The notes beneath the pieces are model-generated. The model saw only the letters and a program-made list of their open reading frames with translations. It was not told the DNA's origin and did not search any database. A program made the position numbers and the translations under genes. DNA of 64,000 bases, from contig CAVWBU010000049.1 of NCBI GenBank assembly GCA_963753345.1, positions 1 through 64,000 of the forward strand, read 5' to 3'. This DNA comes from an uncultured Fibrobacterota bacterium (GTDB taxonomy: Bacteria; Fibrobacterota; Chitinivibrionia; Chitinivibrionales; FEN-1185). Positions 1 to 11,284 of this stretch are shown here, piece by piece. Positions within the stretch are counted from its first letter, which is position 1. Each line of letters starts with the position of its first letter.

Positions 1-752
1 TGTGAACGGCAAGGGCGGTAACTTTCCCTCCCAGGCCGCCCGGCCCCACGCCGGTTGAATTCACTTTGTAAAGAATTTCCCGCTCGAGCGCTGCGAACCG
101 CCTGTCCGGGTTTCTGCGGCCCAGCGGCCGCAGGAGCGCTTTTTTCGACAGCAGCATTGCGGTTTCGGCGGTTCCGCCGATGCCGATGCCCACGATAACC
201 GGCGGACACGGGTTGCCGCCGGCATTCTTCACTGTCTGAACGGCGGCATCCACAACACCGTCTTCGCCGTCCGCCGGCTTGAGCATGAAGAGACGGCTCA
301 TGTTTTCCGATCCGCCGCCCTTGGGCGCGAGCGTGATGGTAAGCGACGTTCCCTTTGCCTGTGCGAGGTGGATCACCGCGGGCGTATTGGAAAAGGTGTT
401 TTTTCTCCGGTAAAGCGGATCGCTTACCATCGAAGGCCGCAGAAACCCCTCGGCATAGCCCTTCCGCGTTCCTTCGTTAATTGCGTCTGTCAATGTGCCG
501 CCCTTGATCCGCACATCGCAGCCCATGTCCACGAAGAATACGGCAATGCCCGTGTCCTGGCAGATCGGGACGCAGTCCCTGCGGGCGATGCGGGCGTTGT
601 CGCCGATGGCAGCAAGCAGGGCGCGTCCGGTAACGGATTTTTCCTTTTTTTTCGCGGCCGAAAGCGCCCGCACCGCGTCTTTGGGGAGGTCGAACGCCGC
701 GTCAAGGCACAGGCGCTTTACGCTTTCACGATCCGTTTGTACGGGATGATTC

Positions 753-756
<4 letters not shown>
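1..756 (-). CDS. Fe-S hydro-lyase, fumarate hydratase/tartrate dehydratase alpha subunit (3' end runs off window)
   Basis: Manual minus-strand translation gives the ICQDTG and [12 protein letters not shown] motifs and a GNPCPP motif; ATG at 756 overlaps the malic enzyme stop (ATGA). Confidence 0.9.
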
Positions 757-2039
<1,283 letters not shown>

Positions 2040-2171
2040 TGAAACGGGTTCCTTGGATGGACGATGAGATTTGTTGATGAAAGATTAATCAACAGTATCG
2101 TTTTGGTAGAGCAATAAAATAGATGAAATTGGGAGTGGTATGAAAGAGAAGTGAAGACAAGATTAAGATCT

Positions 2172-2308
2172 GGGCGCCCCGCCGAAGACGGCGGCGGCCC
2201 TCCCTCCGGTCTCGGCCGTTGGCCTCGGGCCGCCACGGCCCTATGGCCCATAGGGCCGGGTCCGGGCGGCATCCCGCTTTGGCGGGACCTCCGGTCCTGC
2301 CTGGCGCG
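2172..2308 (+). repeat. Structured intergenic repeat, module 1, copy A
   Basis: GGGCGCC...CTGGCGC ends, two CCTCCGGTC motifs and several hairpins; 8 other copies in the window. Confidence 0.85.
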
Positions 2309-2418
2309 TCGGCAAATTTATGGTTTGTCAATCAGGTTGTGTTGCTCCTGACGCAACCTCAGTGGCATCTAGCTTCACGATATGAATACAAAGTCAAACT
2401 TCTTGTTGACCCGTGTGG

Positions 2419-2446
2419 CCTGGATCTGTGATCCAGGTTCCTTTTT
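2419..2446 (+). terminator. Possible intrinsic terminator
   Basis: CCTGGATC-tgt-GATCCAGG followed by a T-rich tract. Confidence 0.4.
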
Positions 2447-2779
2447 GTTCCCCATACACCTCACAAAGAATCCTCCCGCATAATTCATTACAAAACAACC
2501 TCATACAATTTACAGACACAAAAATAGGATTTTTCTGGGGTTTGCCGCCCCCAGGAATAAGCAAAGGCAAATCAAATAACTCCTTGAAAAACAACCATGG
2601 CACGCTTTTTGAGAAAGTATTGGAGCAACAAACGGTTTTTCGCTCGGTCATTTGCAAACGTACTTGACAAAAGCGAGAAGGAGCTTCGAGCACAAATTAA
2701 GGGAAAGACGGCAGCCCGGGAAGAGGTGCAACCCAATCCAGTCCTCGCCTTTTATCCGGCGCCGTCTTTTTCTTTTTGG

Positions 2780-2806
2780 GGGAGAGATCGCATCTCTCCC
2801 TTTTTT
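2780..2806 (+). terminator. Intrinsic terminator
   Basis: GGGAGAGAT-cgc-ATCTCTCCC followed by TTTTTT. Confidence 0.7.
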
Positions 2807-3066
2807 ATTATGGGGTCTGGGTACCGCATATGCGCCGGTTGTCTCAAGCTATTACCACCTATGAGAATATAGGCGGAGTCGATTGCAAAGCAGATAATGT
2901 GGGGTCGACAAGCCACATACGTTTAACCGCCAACCATGCTGTTTTCCTTCTAAATCTTTGATATGAAAAGAAATATTTTTTAGGTATATTATTTGTTGGT
3001 AGTTTGAAGCATAGGCGGTGGTCTCATGAGGCGCACCGCTCTACGGGAACACCCAAAGGTCCGGTC

Positions 3067-3465
3067 ATGAAAACAATGAAACGTATTCTTCTGATCGCTC
3101 TCGTCTGCCTTTTGCCGGTGTCCGGCCAGACAACATCGTCCGGCAATTCAAAGGACACCGGCCGCAAACAGCACGAAACAGCGGCCATTTTCGACGAGAT
3201 CATGCAGACGCTCCCTTCGGACATGAAAGCCAAGGTTGATTCCGCTTCGGTCTGCGCAAGGAGCGACGCGAAGAAACCGGACAAGGGTTCTTCCGGCGCC
3301 TCTCAGGGTCTGCAGAAGCCTGCCGACAGGGACGGTGCGGTGCGGCAGCTGCCCGATGACGTGCGTGCCAAAGTGGAAAAAGCGATTTCCGACATAGATC
3401 TCATGAATCAGGACAGGCAGATTCAATTTAAGGATTACGAGAAGAAGCGCCCGGGCAGCAAGTAG
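3067..3465 (+). CDS. Secreted hypothetical protein
   Basis: Signal-peptide-like N-terminus MKTMKRILLIALVCLL; internal duplicated LPxDxxAKV motif. Confidence 0.7.
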   Translation: MKTMKRILLIALVCLLPVSGQTTSSGNSKDTGRKQHETAAIFDEIMQTLPSDMKAKVDSASVCARSDAKKPDKGSSGASQGLQKPADRDGAVRQLPDDVRAKVEKAISDIDLMNQDRQIQFKDYEKKRPGSK

Positions 3466-3535
3466 TTCGCTACAGCCGCACCAGCATACGGCCTGCACGA
3501 TATCCCATCCACCTTTCTCGGTAAGGACTGGACCG

Positions 3536-4252
3536 ATGATGAAGGTGTTCTGCGGGGGAGTGTTGTTTCTATTTGCATGCGCCGCCGCGCCGTCCGCCGA
3601 TACCACGTTCGTTGACAACCAACTTGACTTCAGGATGTACCTTCCGGCGAACTGGGTGTGTTATTTCCAGACCGACTCCGAGTGCCTCTTCGAAGATACG
3701 ACGTATTCCTACCCGGCCGTGCTCTCGATAAGTCGGTATGGCCTCGATTCCACTTTGTACAAAACCGCGGATGAATGGACCCAGGCCCATTTCCTCGGCT
3801 ACAAGCTGTCGGTGGAGTACTCGGTCGATCCCGCCGGCGTGGTCTTGTATTCCAATGCCGACTCCACGGTGAAGCAGGGCTCGCTGCAGGCGGCCGAGGC
3901 CTATTCGGATTTCTTCTCCTCGGACACCACCATCGGGTCGTGGGCCGAGTATGTCCGGTTTACGGCCGCCGGCCGATACGGGTACGAACTGTATGCCGTG
4001 TCCGACACCGCCGACATGTCCGCCAACATCGGGTACTATGTCGCGCTGCTTGAGGGAATCGTGATCGATCCGGCCGACCGGATCATGTCGCCGCATGAAT
4101 TTCGCCGTGCCGTGAGCGCGGCCGGGAAGCGGCTGTCGTCTTCCTGGTTCGATCCCCGTGGACGCGAAATACGAGGAAGCGGCCTTTCACGCAATTTCGC
4201 GAACGGGATATACCTCAGGCGGGCCGGGGCGCCGATGCTGTTCGTGCGGTAG
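3536..4252 (+). CDS. Secreted hypothetical protein with T9SS-like C-terminal tail
   Basis: Signal peptide; C-terminus FDPRGREI...NGIYLRR. Confidence 0.7.
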   Translation: MMKVFCGGVLFLFACAAAPSADTTFVDNQLDFRMYLPANWVCYFQTDSECLFEDTTYSYPAVLSISRYGLDSTLYKTADEWTQAHFLGYKLSVEYSVDPAGVVLYSNADSTVKQGSLQAAEAYSDFFSSDTTIGSWAEYVRFTAAGRYGYELYAVSDTADMSANIGYYVALLEGIVIDPADRIMSPHEFRRAVSAAGKRLSSSWFDPRGREIRGSGLSRNFANGIYLRRAGAPMLFVR

Positions 4253-4300
4253 CGCCCGGAAACGCCCGGAAATTCTTTGCCCTTTGCCGACATGCAACAG

Positions 4301-5953
4301 ATGCGAAAAACCTCTGTCCGCCTCATCCTGTGCTTCGCGGCCCTTGCGTTCGTCCCGCCCCGGGCGCATGCGGGGAACGACAGCCTGTCTGCGGTGTTTT
4401 ACCTGCGGCAGGGCCTCAAGCAGCTTGACAAACACAATTTCGACGAAGCGCTGAACAGCTTTACGCGAGCGGCGGACGCGGGCATGTCGAAAGACAGCGT
4501 ATGCTATTTCTATGCGGAGGCGTATGCGGCAAAAGGTGCGTTCGACACGGCGCTGGTGTTCAACTTCGGTGTCAAGGCGGCGGGGAATCCGGGGCTGGCA
4601 CTGCTCGCTCTCAAACAGAGGGCCGCTATTTACCTGGTGCTCAAATGGAAAAAAGACGCCGACCAGATCCTTGACTCGCTCTCAAACCTTCCTCGATATT
4701 CGCGCCGACCCTACCTGCCCGACGCCGGTTTCAGGATCGGCGCCGACTACACCGAGCGAAGGGAACTCGATCAGGTGTCTTTTCCTTTTGACGGTCCGCT
4801 GGAGGCGCAATATTACAATGGGCCGGGTTATGACGGTTACGGTTATGCACGCTGGGAGATTCCAATCGGGCGGCGGTTCCTGATCAAGCCCGGTCTGGAG
4901 GGCCTGGTGACAAGCAAGTACTACCAAACCATGACGTCTCGGGATTCTGTCAACCGCGCCCTTGGCGGATTTGTCTCCTTTGAGCACGCCCCGAGCGGGT
5001 TGTCGCTCGATTATGGACTCAGGCGGTTGATAGACTATGCCGGCGAGTACACGACCCAGAACAGCGTCAGCATCTCCCGCTCGAAAACCAAAGCCGGGTG
5101 GACGACCGTTGTTTTGGGCGGGTATGACCTGGAAACGGGGGCTGGTTTCGCAAAAGTAAACCAGCGATTCTGGGCCGTCGGGCATGCGGACCAGACGACC
5201 GTACGGCAGAAGGGTTGGACGTTCCAGCTCATGGCGTCGTATTTCGATGCCGCGCCGATCAGGCAGCTTTACGATACGTCGGTAATGCTGTACCCCGATT
5301 CCGTCAATGTGATGTATGTAAACGACGTGCACTCGTCGCACGTGATCCATTATCAGAATGCATCTTCAACAGACACCGTTCCGCGGAGTTTTCTGGGATA
5401 TGTTCTCAATAGTGCCGACAACGTGGCGGTGCTTGATTATCGCACCTATTCGCAGCGACAGATATCGGTGGAACCGTCGGCACAATACACGGCCCGGTTG
5501 CCCCTTGCTTTCCGCGCGTCATTATCGTGCGGAACGTCGCTCACCTATTTCACGGAACCGTATTCCTGGCTCACCACGGCGGACCCGGGCGGTGCCTACG
5601 CTTTTGCCGGCCGGCCGATTATCGTATTCAACGAAAAGGATCAGAATTATTACTGGTACCTGCAGCCGATTCAGCAGAATCCGGCGACCTTTACGGAGGT
5701 GTTTGGCAGTACGCCTGTCGATAAGCAGGCATATCGGACCGACCTTACCGTCGAATTGCTTCTGAACATTGCTCATCCCATAGGAATTCTCGGCACGCTT
5801 GCGTTGCGTGTGGAGGCTTCGAAAAACTACTCCACATTGAGAAAGCTGAAGCTGTTCTCATGGGAGATCTTCAGCCAGGATGCGCCGTTTGCCATTCCCG
5901 ACAGGTCCTGGTCTGCCGGAATTACATGGACTTATGATTTCCGGGCGAATTAG
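4301..5953 (+). CDS. TPR-containing, probable outer-membrane beta-barrel protein
   Basis: Signal peptide, TPR-like helices, amphipathic strands, C-terminal GITWTYDF. Confidence 0.65.
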   Translation: MRKTSVRLILCFAALAFVPPRAHAGNDSLSAVFYLRQGLKQLDKHNFDEALNSFTRAADAGMSKDSVCYFYAEAYAAKGAFDTALVFNFGVKAAGNPGLALLALKQRAAIYLVLKWKKDADQILDSLSNLPRYSRRPYLPDAGFRIGADYTERRELDQVSFPFDGPLEAQYYNGPGYDGYGYARWEIPIGRRFLIKPGLEGLVTSKYYQTMTSRDSVNRALGGFVSFEHAPSGLSLDYGLRRLIDYAGEYTTQNSVSISRSKTKAGWTTVVLGGYDLETGAGFAKVNQRFWAVGHADQTTVRQKGWTFQLMASYFDAAPIRQLYDTSVMLYPDSVNVMYVNDVHSSHVIHYQNASSTDTVPRSFLGYVLNSADNVAVLDYRTYSQRQISVEPSAQYTARLPLAFRASLSCGTSLTYFTEPYSWLTTADPGGAYAFAGRPIIVFNEKDQNYYWYLQPIQQNPATFTEVFGSTPVDKQAYRTDLTVELLLNIAHPIGILGTLALRVEASKNYSTLRKLKLFSWEIFSQDAPFAIPDRSWSAGITWTYDFRAN

Positions 5954-5985
5954 GTACTATTTTATTGATATCAGTAAGGATGTCC

Positions 5986-6655
5986 ATGAACAAATCTTGC
6001 ATGATTTTCCTCATACCGGCTATCGGGTTCCTTTTTCTTGCCGGCTGCAGAAACGCTAATATCGAGCGAGGCGACATGTGCCTGCGGCTCGGCGATTATC
6101 CCATGGCCATTTCATTCTATTCCGATGAAGTAAAGCGCCGTCCCGACAGCTTTCGAGCGCGTCTGGGACTGGGCAAGGCGCTCCTTCAGAAGGCATGCGA
6201 CGCCGACACCTCGGCGTGGAAAAGTGCGCTTATCCAGCTTGAGGCGGCGCAGACCCTGTCACCCGAAGCCGATCTTAAGGAGCTGCTTGCCGACGTGTAC
6301 CAGGAACGGGCGCATCAGCTGCTGGCGTCGCGCGACTCGGTCGCCGCGCTCGATGCGCTGTCGCGCGCCATCGAATGCGACAACAGGGCCATCGAGCCGG
6401 TGAACCTGGCGGGCATCATCTACTACCGCCTGGGTGAAGTGGACAAATCGGAAGCGCTGTTCAAGAAAGGCGGTGGCACTCGACAGCGGCAGCGCGTCGG
6501 CCCGGTTCAATCTCGGCATGGTGTACTGGCAGGGCGGCAGGCACAAAGAGGCCCGCAGCCAGTGGCTCGCAGCGCTCGCCGCGTCCCCGGGGGACAAGGA
6601 CATGGTGTACTGGTGCGCGCTCGCCGAGAAGAAGCTGCGGGAAGGCGGCCAATGA
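5986..6655 (+). CDS. TPR lipoprotein (apparent +1 frameshift near 6466-6469)
   Basis: Lipobox LAGC; TPR repeats continue in ORF 6434..6655 (ARFNLGMVYWQ); its TGA overlaps the kinase ATG. Confidence 0.7.
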
Positions 6656-8037
6656 TTCCCAAACTCCCCACAGGGTACTCTCATCCCATGCGCGTGGGCG
6701 AGGGAGCGTTCGCGTCCGTCTTTCGCGTGCGCCAGACCGCGCTCGACCGGCTGGTGGCCATCAAGGTGCTCCACGAAAAAGACCCCGCCAAGAAGCGCGA
6801 CATTATGAAGGAAGCCACCACGCAGGCGCGCATCCGGGCCGACTGCATCCCGCAGGTGTACCACGTGTTCGAGTGGCGCTCGCAGGTGTGCATCGTGATG
6901 GAATGGATCAAGGGCGTCTCTTTGTCGTCGCTCGTCGCGCATTTCCCCTCGACCGAGGAGCGGCTGTGGCTGGCCGACCACGTGATACGCTCGCTCGCAG
7001 CGCTGCACACGCTCGGGTTCGCGCACCGCGACCTCAAGCCCGAGAACATCCTTGTCTCGCCCGACAAGGGCGTGATGTTCGTCGACTTCGGGTTCACCAA
7101 GAACATCACTGACGGAAAGCAGTCGGTTTCCGGCATTGTCAAGGGAACGCCCGCCTACATGGCGCCCGAACTGTGGACCGGCGGGCAGGGCGTAGACCCC
7201 CTGCGCTGCGACGTGTTCGCGGCGGGCAGGATCTGCACGACATCGTTCCCGGCGAGCCGTACGCCGCGTTCCTCGGCCGAATGCACCCGCGACGACCCCT
7301 CGAAACGCCCGGCGTCCGGCTCTGAGATGCTTGCGTTATGGCAACGAACGGCGCCACATGTGGGTCAGCCCGACTGGCGTCGGCTTTCGCAGGCCCTGTC
7401 GTCGGAACAGCTTTCCGTCAAGCTTGGCGCGGCGGCGCGGCTCCTTCTGCACGGCGGCCGCGAGGACGAGGCGTACTGGCTGCTCGTGGAAAGCATCGAG
7501 GAGAACCCGAAGAACACCGAAGCCGTGGGCCTCATGAATTCGTTTCCGAAGTACGTTCAGCGTAAGCGGATCCGTCGGCGTATCGGCTACGCGGCCGTGG
7601 CCTCCGTATGCGCGTGCCTGCTGCTGTTCGCGTTTGCCGTGGGCCGGCGCAGCAGGGACTGGACCCCTGACAATGGCGTCGCCATGCTCCGCATGTCGTT
7701 CCACCACGATCGTACAAAGACCCTTGCCTCAATGCTTCGCACAGGCGGTTCCGCTGCCGCGAGCGCGTCCGTCGGCAATGTGCCGTTCCGTCTCGACTCG
7801 GCCGGATGCGGCCGTCTCTGCGGAACGCTGTATATCCCGGCCCGACCGTCTCACGGAAAGCTTCTTGTCAACGGTGCAGCCGTGGACAGGGTCACCGACT
7901 ACACCTCGGGCATCGCGCTTCCGCCCGGCAGGCACTCACTTGCCTGGACCGACGAGAGCGGCCGCCTGCTGTGGCGCGAAAAAATAACCATGCTTCCGTT
8001 TGAGTCAAGGTCCATTGCCATTGCCGAACTGCAGTAA
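6652..8037 (+). CDS. Membrane Ser/Thr protein kinase
   Basis: VGEGAFASV, VAIK, HRDLKPEN, DFG and GTPAYMAPE motifs; later TM helix; ATG at 6652. Confidence 0.9.
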   Translation: MIPKLPTGYSHPMRVGEGAFASVFRVRQTALDRLVAIKVLHEKDPAKKRDIMKEATTQARIRADCIPQVYHVFEWRSQVCIVMEWIKGVSLSSLVAHFPSTEERLWLADHVIRSLAALHTLGFAHRDLKPENILVSPDKGVMFVDFGFTKNITDGKQSVSGIVKGTPAYMAPELWTGGQGVDPLRCDVFAAGRICTTSFPASRTPRSSAECTRDDPSKRPASGSEMLALWQRTAPHVGQPDWRRLSQALSSEQLSVKLGAAARLLLHGGREDEAYWLLVESIEENPKNTEAVGLMNSFPKYVQRKRIRRRIGYAAVASVCACLLLFAFAVGRRSRDWTPDNGVAMLRMSFHHDRTKTLASMLRTGGSAAASASVGNVPFRLDSAGCGRLCGTLYIPARPSHGKLLVNGAAVDRVTDYTSGIALPPGRHSLAWTDESGRLLWREKITMLPFESRSIAIAELQ

Positions 8038-8054
8038 ATAAAACCGGGAGACCC

Positions 8055-9870
8055 ATGACGACCCAGCTTGTGCCGCGCCTTGTTGAAACAGCAACGAAAA
8101 AGGAATATCCGCTTTCGGGCCGCATCGTTACGGTGGGTTCGTCCGGCTCGTGCCAGATCTGCATTACCGACCGGTCGCTCCCTGCGATCGCCGCGCAATC
8201 TCGTATTTAAGTCCGGACGGTACAGCTTTTCCTCGCTTTCCTCTGATGTCAAGATCAGTGTGAACGGGAAGCCCGCACCGGGCGATTGTGTCCTGAGCAA
8301 CGGCGACGCGGTGGCCGTCGGGAAAGCCCAGTTCGTCTACCGCGAAGGCGCGATCGGTGAAGCTGGGGGATCGGAAATGATGACGGCCGCGCCGCTGTCC
8401 GATCTTGTTTCGGCGGTCGTATCGCTCCTGCGCAATAAAAACGAGGACGTGACCTCCGATCTTGTCGTGAGCGTGTCGCGGCTTGTCGGATGCGACGCAG
8501 CCCGCGTGGTGGGAGAAGATCGCGGAAACCGGCGAGCGAAGACCGTTGCGCGCTATCCGGTCGAGAGCGGGCTTGACCGTTTTTCAAACCGCGCCATAGA
8601 TTTTGCGAAGAACGCATCGCAGACCGTACTGGTGAACGACACGGACTGGAAGGACACGGTCGATCCGCAGAGTTCGCTTGAGCGGAACCTTATTGCATCG
8701 GTGCTCTGCGCGCCGCTTTCGGACTGCCGGACGGGTCCTCGGGATACCTCTATCTTGACAGGCTCCAGAACCAGCCGCCCCTTTACCGAGGAGGACAGGA
8801 GGTTCTGCGACCGCCTCCTGCCCCTCTTTTCGGAACTACTTGTCAACAGCGAACAGCGGCGCCGCCAGGCCGAGACCATTGCGCGGCTGCAGGCCGCGAC
8901 CATGGACACCGCGGGCGGCATGATCCACGAGAGCAGCGTGATGGCGAAAACGGTCGCGCTCTCGGCAAAGCTCGCCGCCACCGACTCGCCGGTGCTCGTT
9001 TACGGCGAGACCGGCACGGGCAAGGAGCTCATGGCGCGGTTTATCCACGAGCGGTCGCGGCGAAGCGCCAGGCCCTTCAAGGCAATCAACTGCGGCGCCA
9101 TCCCGGAGAACCTCATCGAGAGCGAGCTGTTCGGCCACGAAAAGGGCTCCTTTACAGGAGCGAGCCAGCGCGCCATCGGCCTGTTCGAGGCCGCGGCCGG
9201 CGGCACCGTGTTCCTCGACGAGGTGGGCGAGCTGCCGCTTTCGCTCCAGGTGAAGCTTCTGCGCGTGCTGCAGGACTCGGAGATCGTCCGCGTAGGCGGC
9301 AACGAAAACATAAAGACCGACGTGCGCATCGTGGCGGCCACCAACAAGAAGCTCGAAGACGAAGTGGCGCAGAACAAATTCAGGCAGGATCTGTTCTTCC
9401 GGCTCAACGTACTCACGGTGGTGATGCCGCCGCTGCGCGAGCGCGGCCAGGACACGGTGCTCCTTGCCGAGTTTTTTGTCAAGAAATACTGCCAGCAGTT
9501 CGGGCTTCCCCAGAAGTCCCTCATGGCTTCCGCGCAGAACGCGCTGCTCGCGCACAACTGGCCCGGCAACGTGCGCGAGCTCGAAAACGTTGTCCAGAAG
9601 GCCATTTTGCTCTCGTCCGACAACCGCATCGGTAAAGAGTCGATCCAGATAACCGCGTCGTCGGTGCTCCGGAGCGCGGGCGCCCAGCTTCCCACCGGAA
9701 CGCTCAAGGAGGCGCGCGCCATTGCGGAAAAGGAAATAATCTCCCAGACATTGGCGAGGACGAGAGGGAATGTGTCGCAGGCGTCAAAATTACTGGATAT
9801 TGACAGAAAGTGGCTGATGAAGTTGATGGAGGAGTTGGGGATAGAGGCGGATAGTTATAGAGGCAAATAG
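8055..9870 (+). CDS. FHA-GAF sigma54-dependent transcriptional activator (apparent frameshifts near 8200 and 8725-8780)
   Basis: GETGTGKE, ESELFGHEKGSFTGA, FLDEVGE, WPGNVRELEN and Fis-type HTH; ATG 8055 with GGAG RBS gives an FHA-like N-terminus; the GAF motif GYLYLDR lies in an alternative frame. Confidence 0.85.
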
Positions 9871-9892
9871 ATAGAATAGTTATAAAAGATCT

Positions 9893-10035
9893 GGGCGTTC
9901 CCCGGCGTGGCGCCGGGTCGGTTCTCCCTCCGGTCTCGGGCTCGCCCTCGGGCCGCCACGGCCCTATGCCGTGAGTACACGGCCGGGTCCGGGCGGCGCC
10001 GCTCTCCAGAGCAGCCTCCGGTCGCCCCTAACGCG
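9893..10035 (+). repeat. Structured intergenic repeat, module 1, copy B
   Basis: GGGCGTT...CTAACGC ends, same internal architecture as copy A. Confidence 0.85.
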
Positions 10036-10094
10036 CGGCAGAGGGAATCTATTGTGTCAAGATGAGATTTTGCGCAGCGCGGCTTGAGTACTTT

Positions 10095-11135
10095 CTATTT
10101 CCCATACTTCTTCGTCAATGTCCTTGCCACAACCCGCATTTCCCCTATAAGTTCCTTTGGTTCCACCACCTCCGCCTCGGGCCATGCAAGCACCCAGTTG
10201 ACGAGGTCCATGCCGATGGGAACATTCAGGGTGAGCAGGATGCCGTCTTTTTTTGCTTCAGTCATTTGCTGAGACGAATGGAATTTCTTTTCCGAAAAAA
10301 TGATCTTGTAATAGGGTGTGGAAGGGAAGCGGATTTTCACCTTAGATACTTTTGGTTCGACCCCGTCGAATATACCGAAACTTTTTACAAGCCGGTCTTC
10401 TATTCGTTTTATACGTTTGGGATCAGGCTCAAATGTTTCGTTCAAAAGCTCGGCTTTGGCAATCCTGCTTATCTTGATGAAAAAGTCTTTGTCATAATGT
10501 TCAGACATGCACACAAAGTAAAGTTCTCCGCAGTAAAGCAGCAGTTTGGCCGGGCAGATGATTTTCTCATACGGTTCCTCGCATTTCCCCGCATGGTAAA
10601 GGATTTTAAGTTTTTTCCGTTTTACAAGCGAGGTAAGGATGTTGTTGAAGTGTTCGCCGTCGAGCGTGAGCGTTGATTTCTCGCCGAGCAGGAACGTGGA
10701 CTCTTCGAGCTTCTGGTCAAGGTCTTCGAATAGTTCATCATAATCTTTCTCTGTGGCGCGGTCGAGCAGAGCCTCGGTAATATCATCCATGGACTTTGCG
10801 CCGGGCGCGAAAAAGGTTTGTAGCCTTTTAAGCAGGAAAAATGCTAAAAGGCCGTTTTTCCGTATGGGCAGGCTGAGCTTCGGCCGCATGTCCGGCTCAA
10901 GGGAATAGTGCTTTTTCCCGGCAATAGTTTCGCACCGTACCGGAATGCCCTGTATTTCAGTAAGAGCCTTCAGGTCTCGCTGAACATTGCGCAGGGTCAC
11001 GTTTTCGTCCTGGCTCAGGAACGTTATTATTTCCTGCACAGTGAATTTCCGCGTTTTGTTGCGCACGAGATGGCCGAAGATCTTTACCAGCCGCTCGCCG
11101 CGAGGAGTCTCAGTTTCTTTTCCCATTGGTTCCAT
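10095..11135 (-). CDS. HTH-WYL-WCX transcriptional regulator
   Basis: N-terminal wHTH (TLRNVQRDLKAL), WYL-like ICPAKLLLYCGELYF..KISRI, C-terminal LVNWVLAW.EAEVVEPKEL; start at 11135 or 11126. Confidence 0.85.
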   Translation of the reverse strand: MEPMGKETETPRGERLVKIFGHLVRNKTRKFTVQEIITFLSQDENVTLRNVQRDLKALTEIQGIPVRCETIAGKKHYSLEPDMRPKLSLPIRKNGLLAFFLLKRLQTFFAPGAKSMDDITEALLDRATEKDYDELFEDLDQKLEESTFLLGEKSTLTLDGEHFNNILTSLVKRKKLKILYHAGKCEEPYEKIICPAKLLLYCGELYFVCMSEHYDKDFFIKISRIAKAELLNETFEPDPKRIKRIEDRLVKSFGIFDGVEPKVSKVKIRFPSTPYYKIIFSEKKFHSSQQMTEAKKDGILLTLNVPIGMDLVNWVLAWPEAEVVEPKELIGEMRVVARTLTKKYGK

Positions 11136-11160
11136 GTCCTTTAATGATAACAAATGGGCG

Positions 11161-11175
11161 CGACAATATTTGTCG
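11161..11175. promoter_or_regulatory. Palindromic operator, candidate WYL regulator binding site
   Basis: Perfect CGACAA-tat-TTGTCG between divergent genes, just upstream of TATAAT at 11187-11192. Confidence 0.65.
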
Positions 11176-11284
11176 TTGATTGAAATTATAATATACATGA
11201 CAGAAGTAAAACAGATTAAGAAGAGAACCGGGAAAAGATTTTTCAACATAAAAATCCTTTGGAATTATAGAAGAGGAGAAAAGT

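Noticed and set aside
2327-2331. GTCAA after module 1 read as a reverse-strand TTGAC -35 box
   Set aside because: No -10 element lies at the right spacing in the copies examined.
5965-8037. 690-aa TPR-kinase fusion ORF
   Set aside because: The TPR sequence continues in another frame and stops at 6655, overlapping an ATG at 6652; the fusion results from one extra base.
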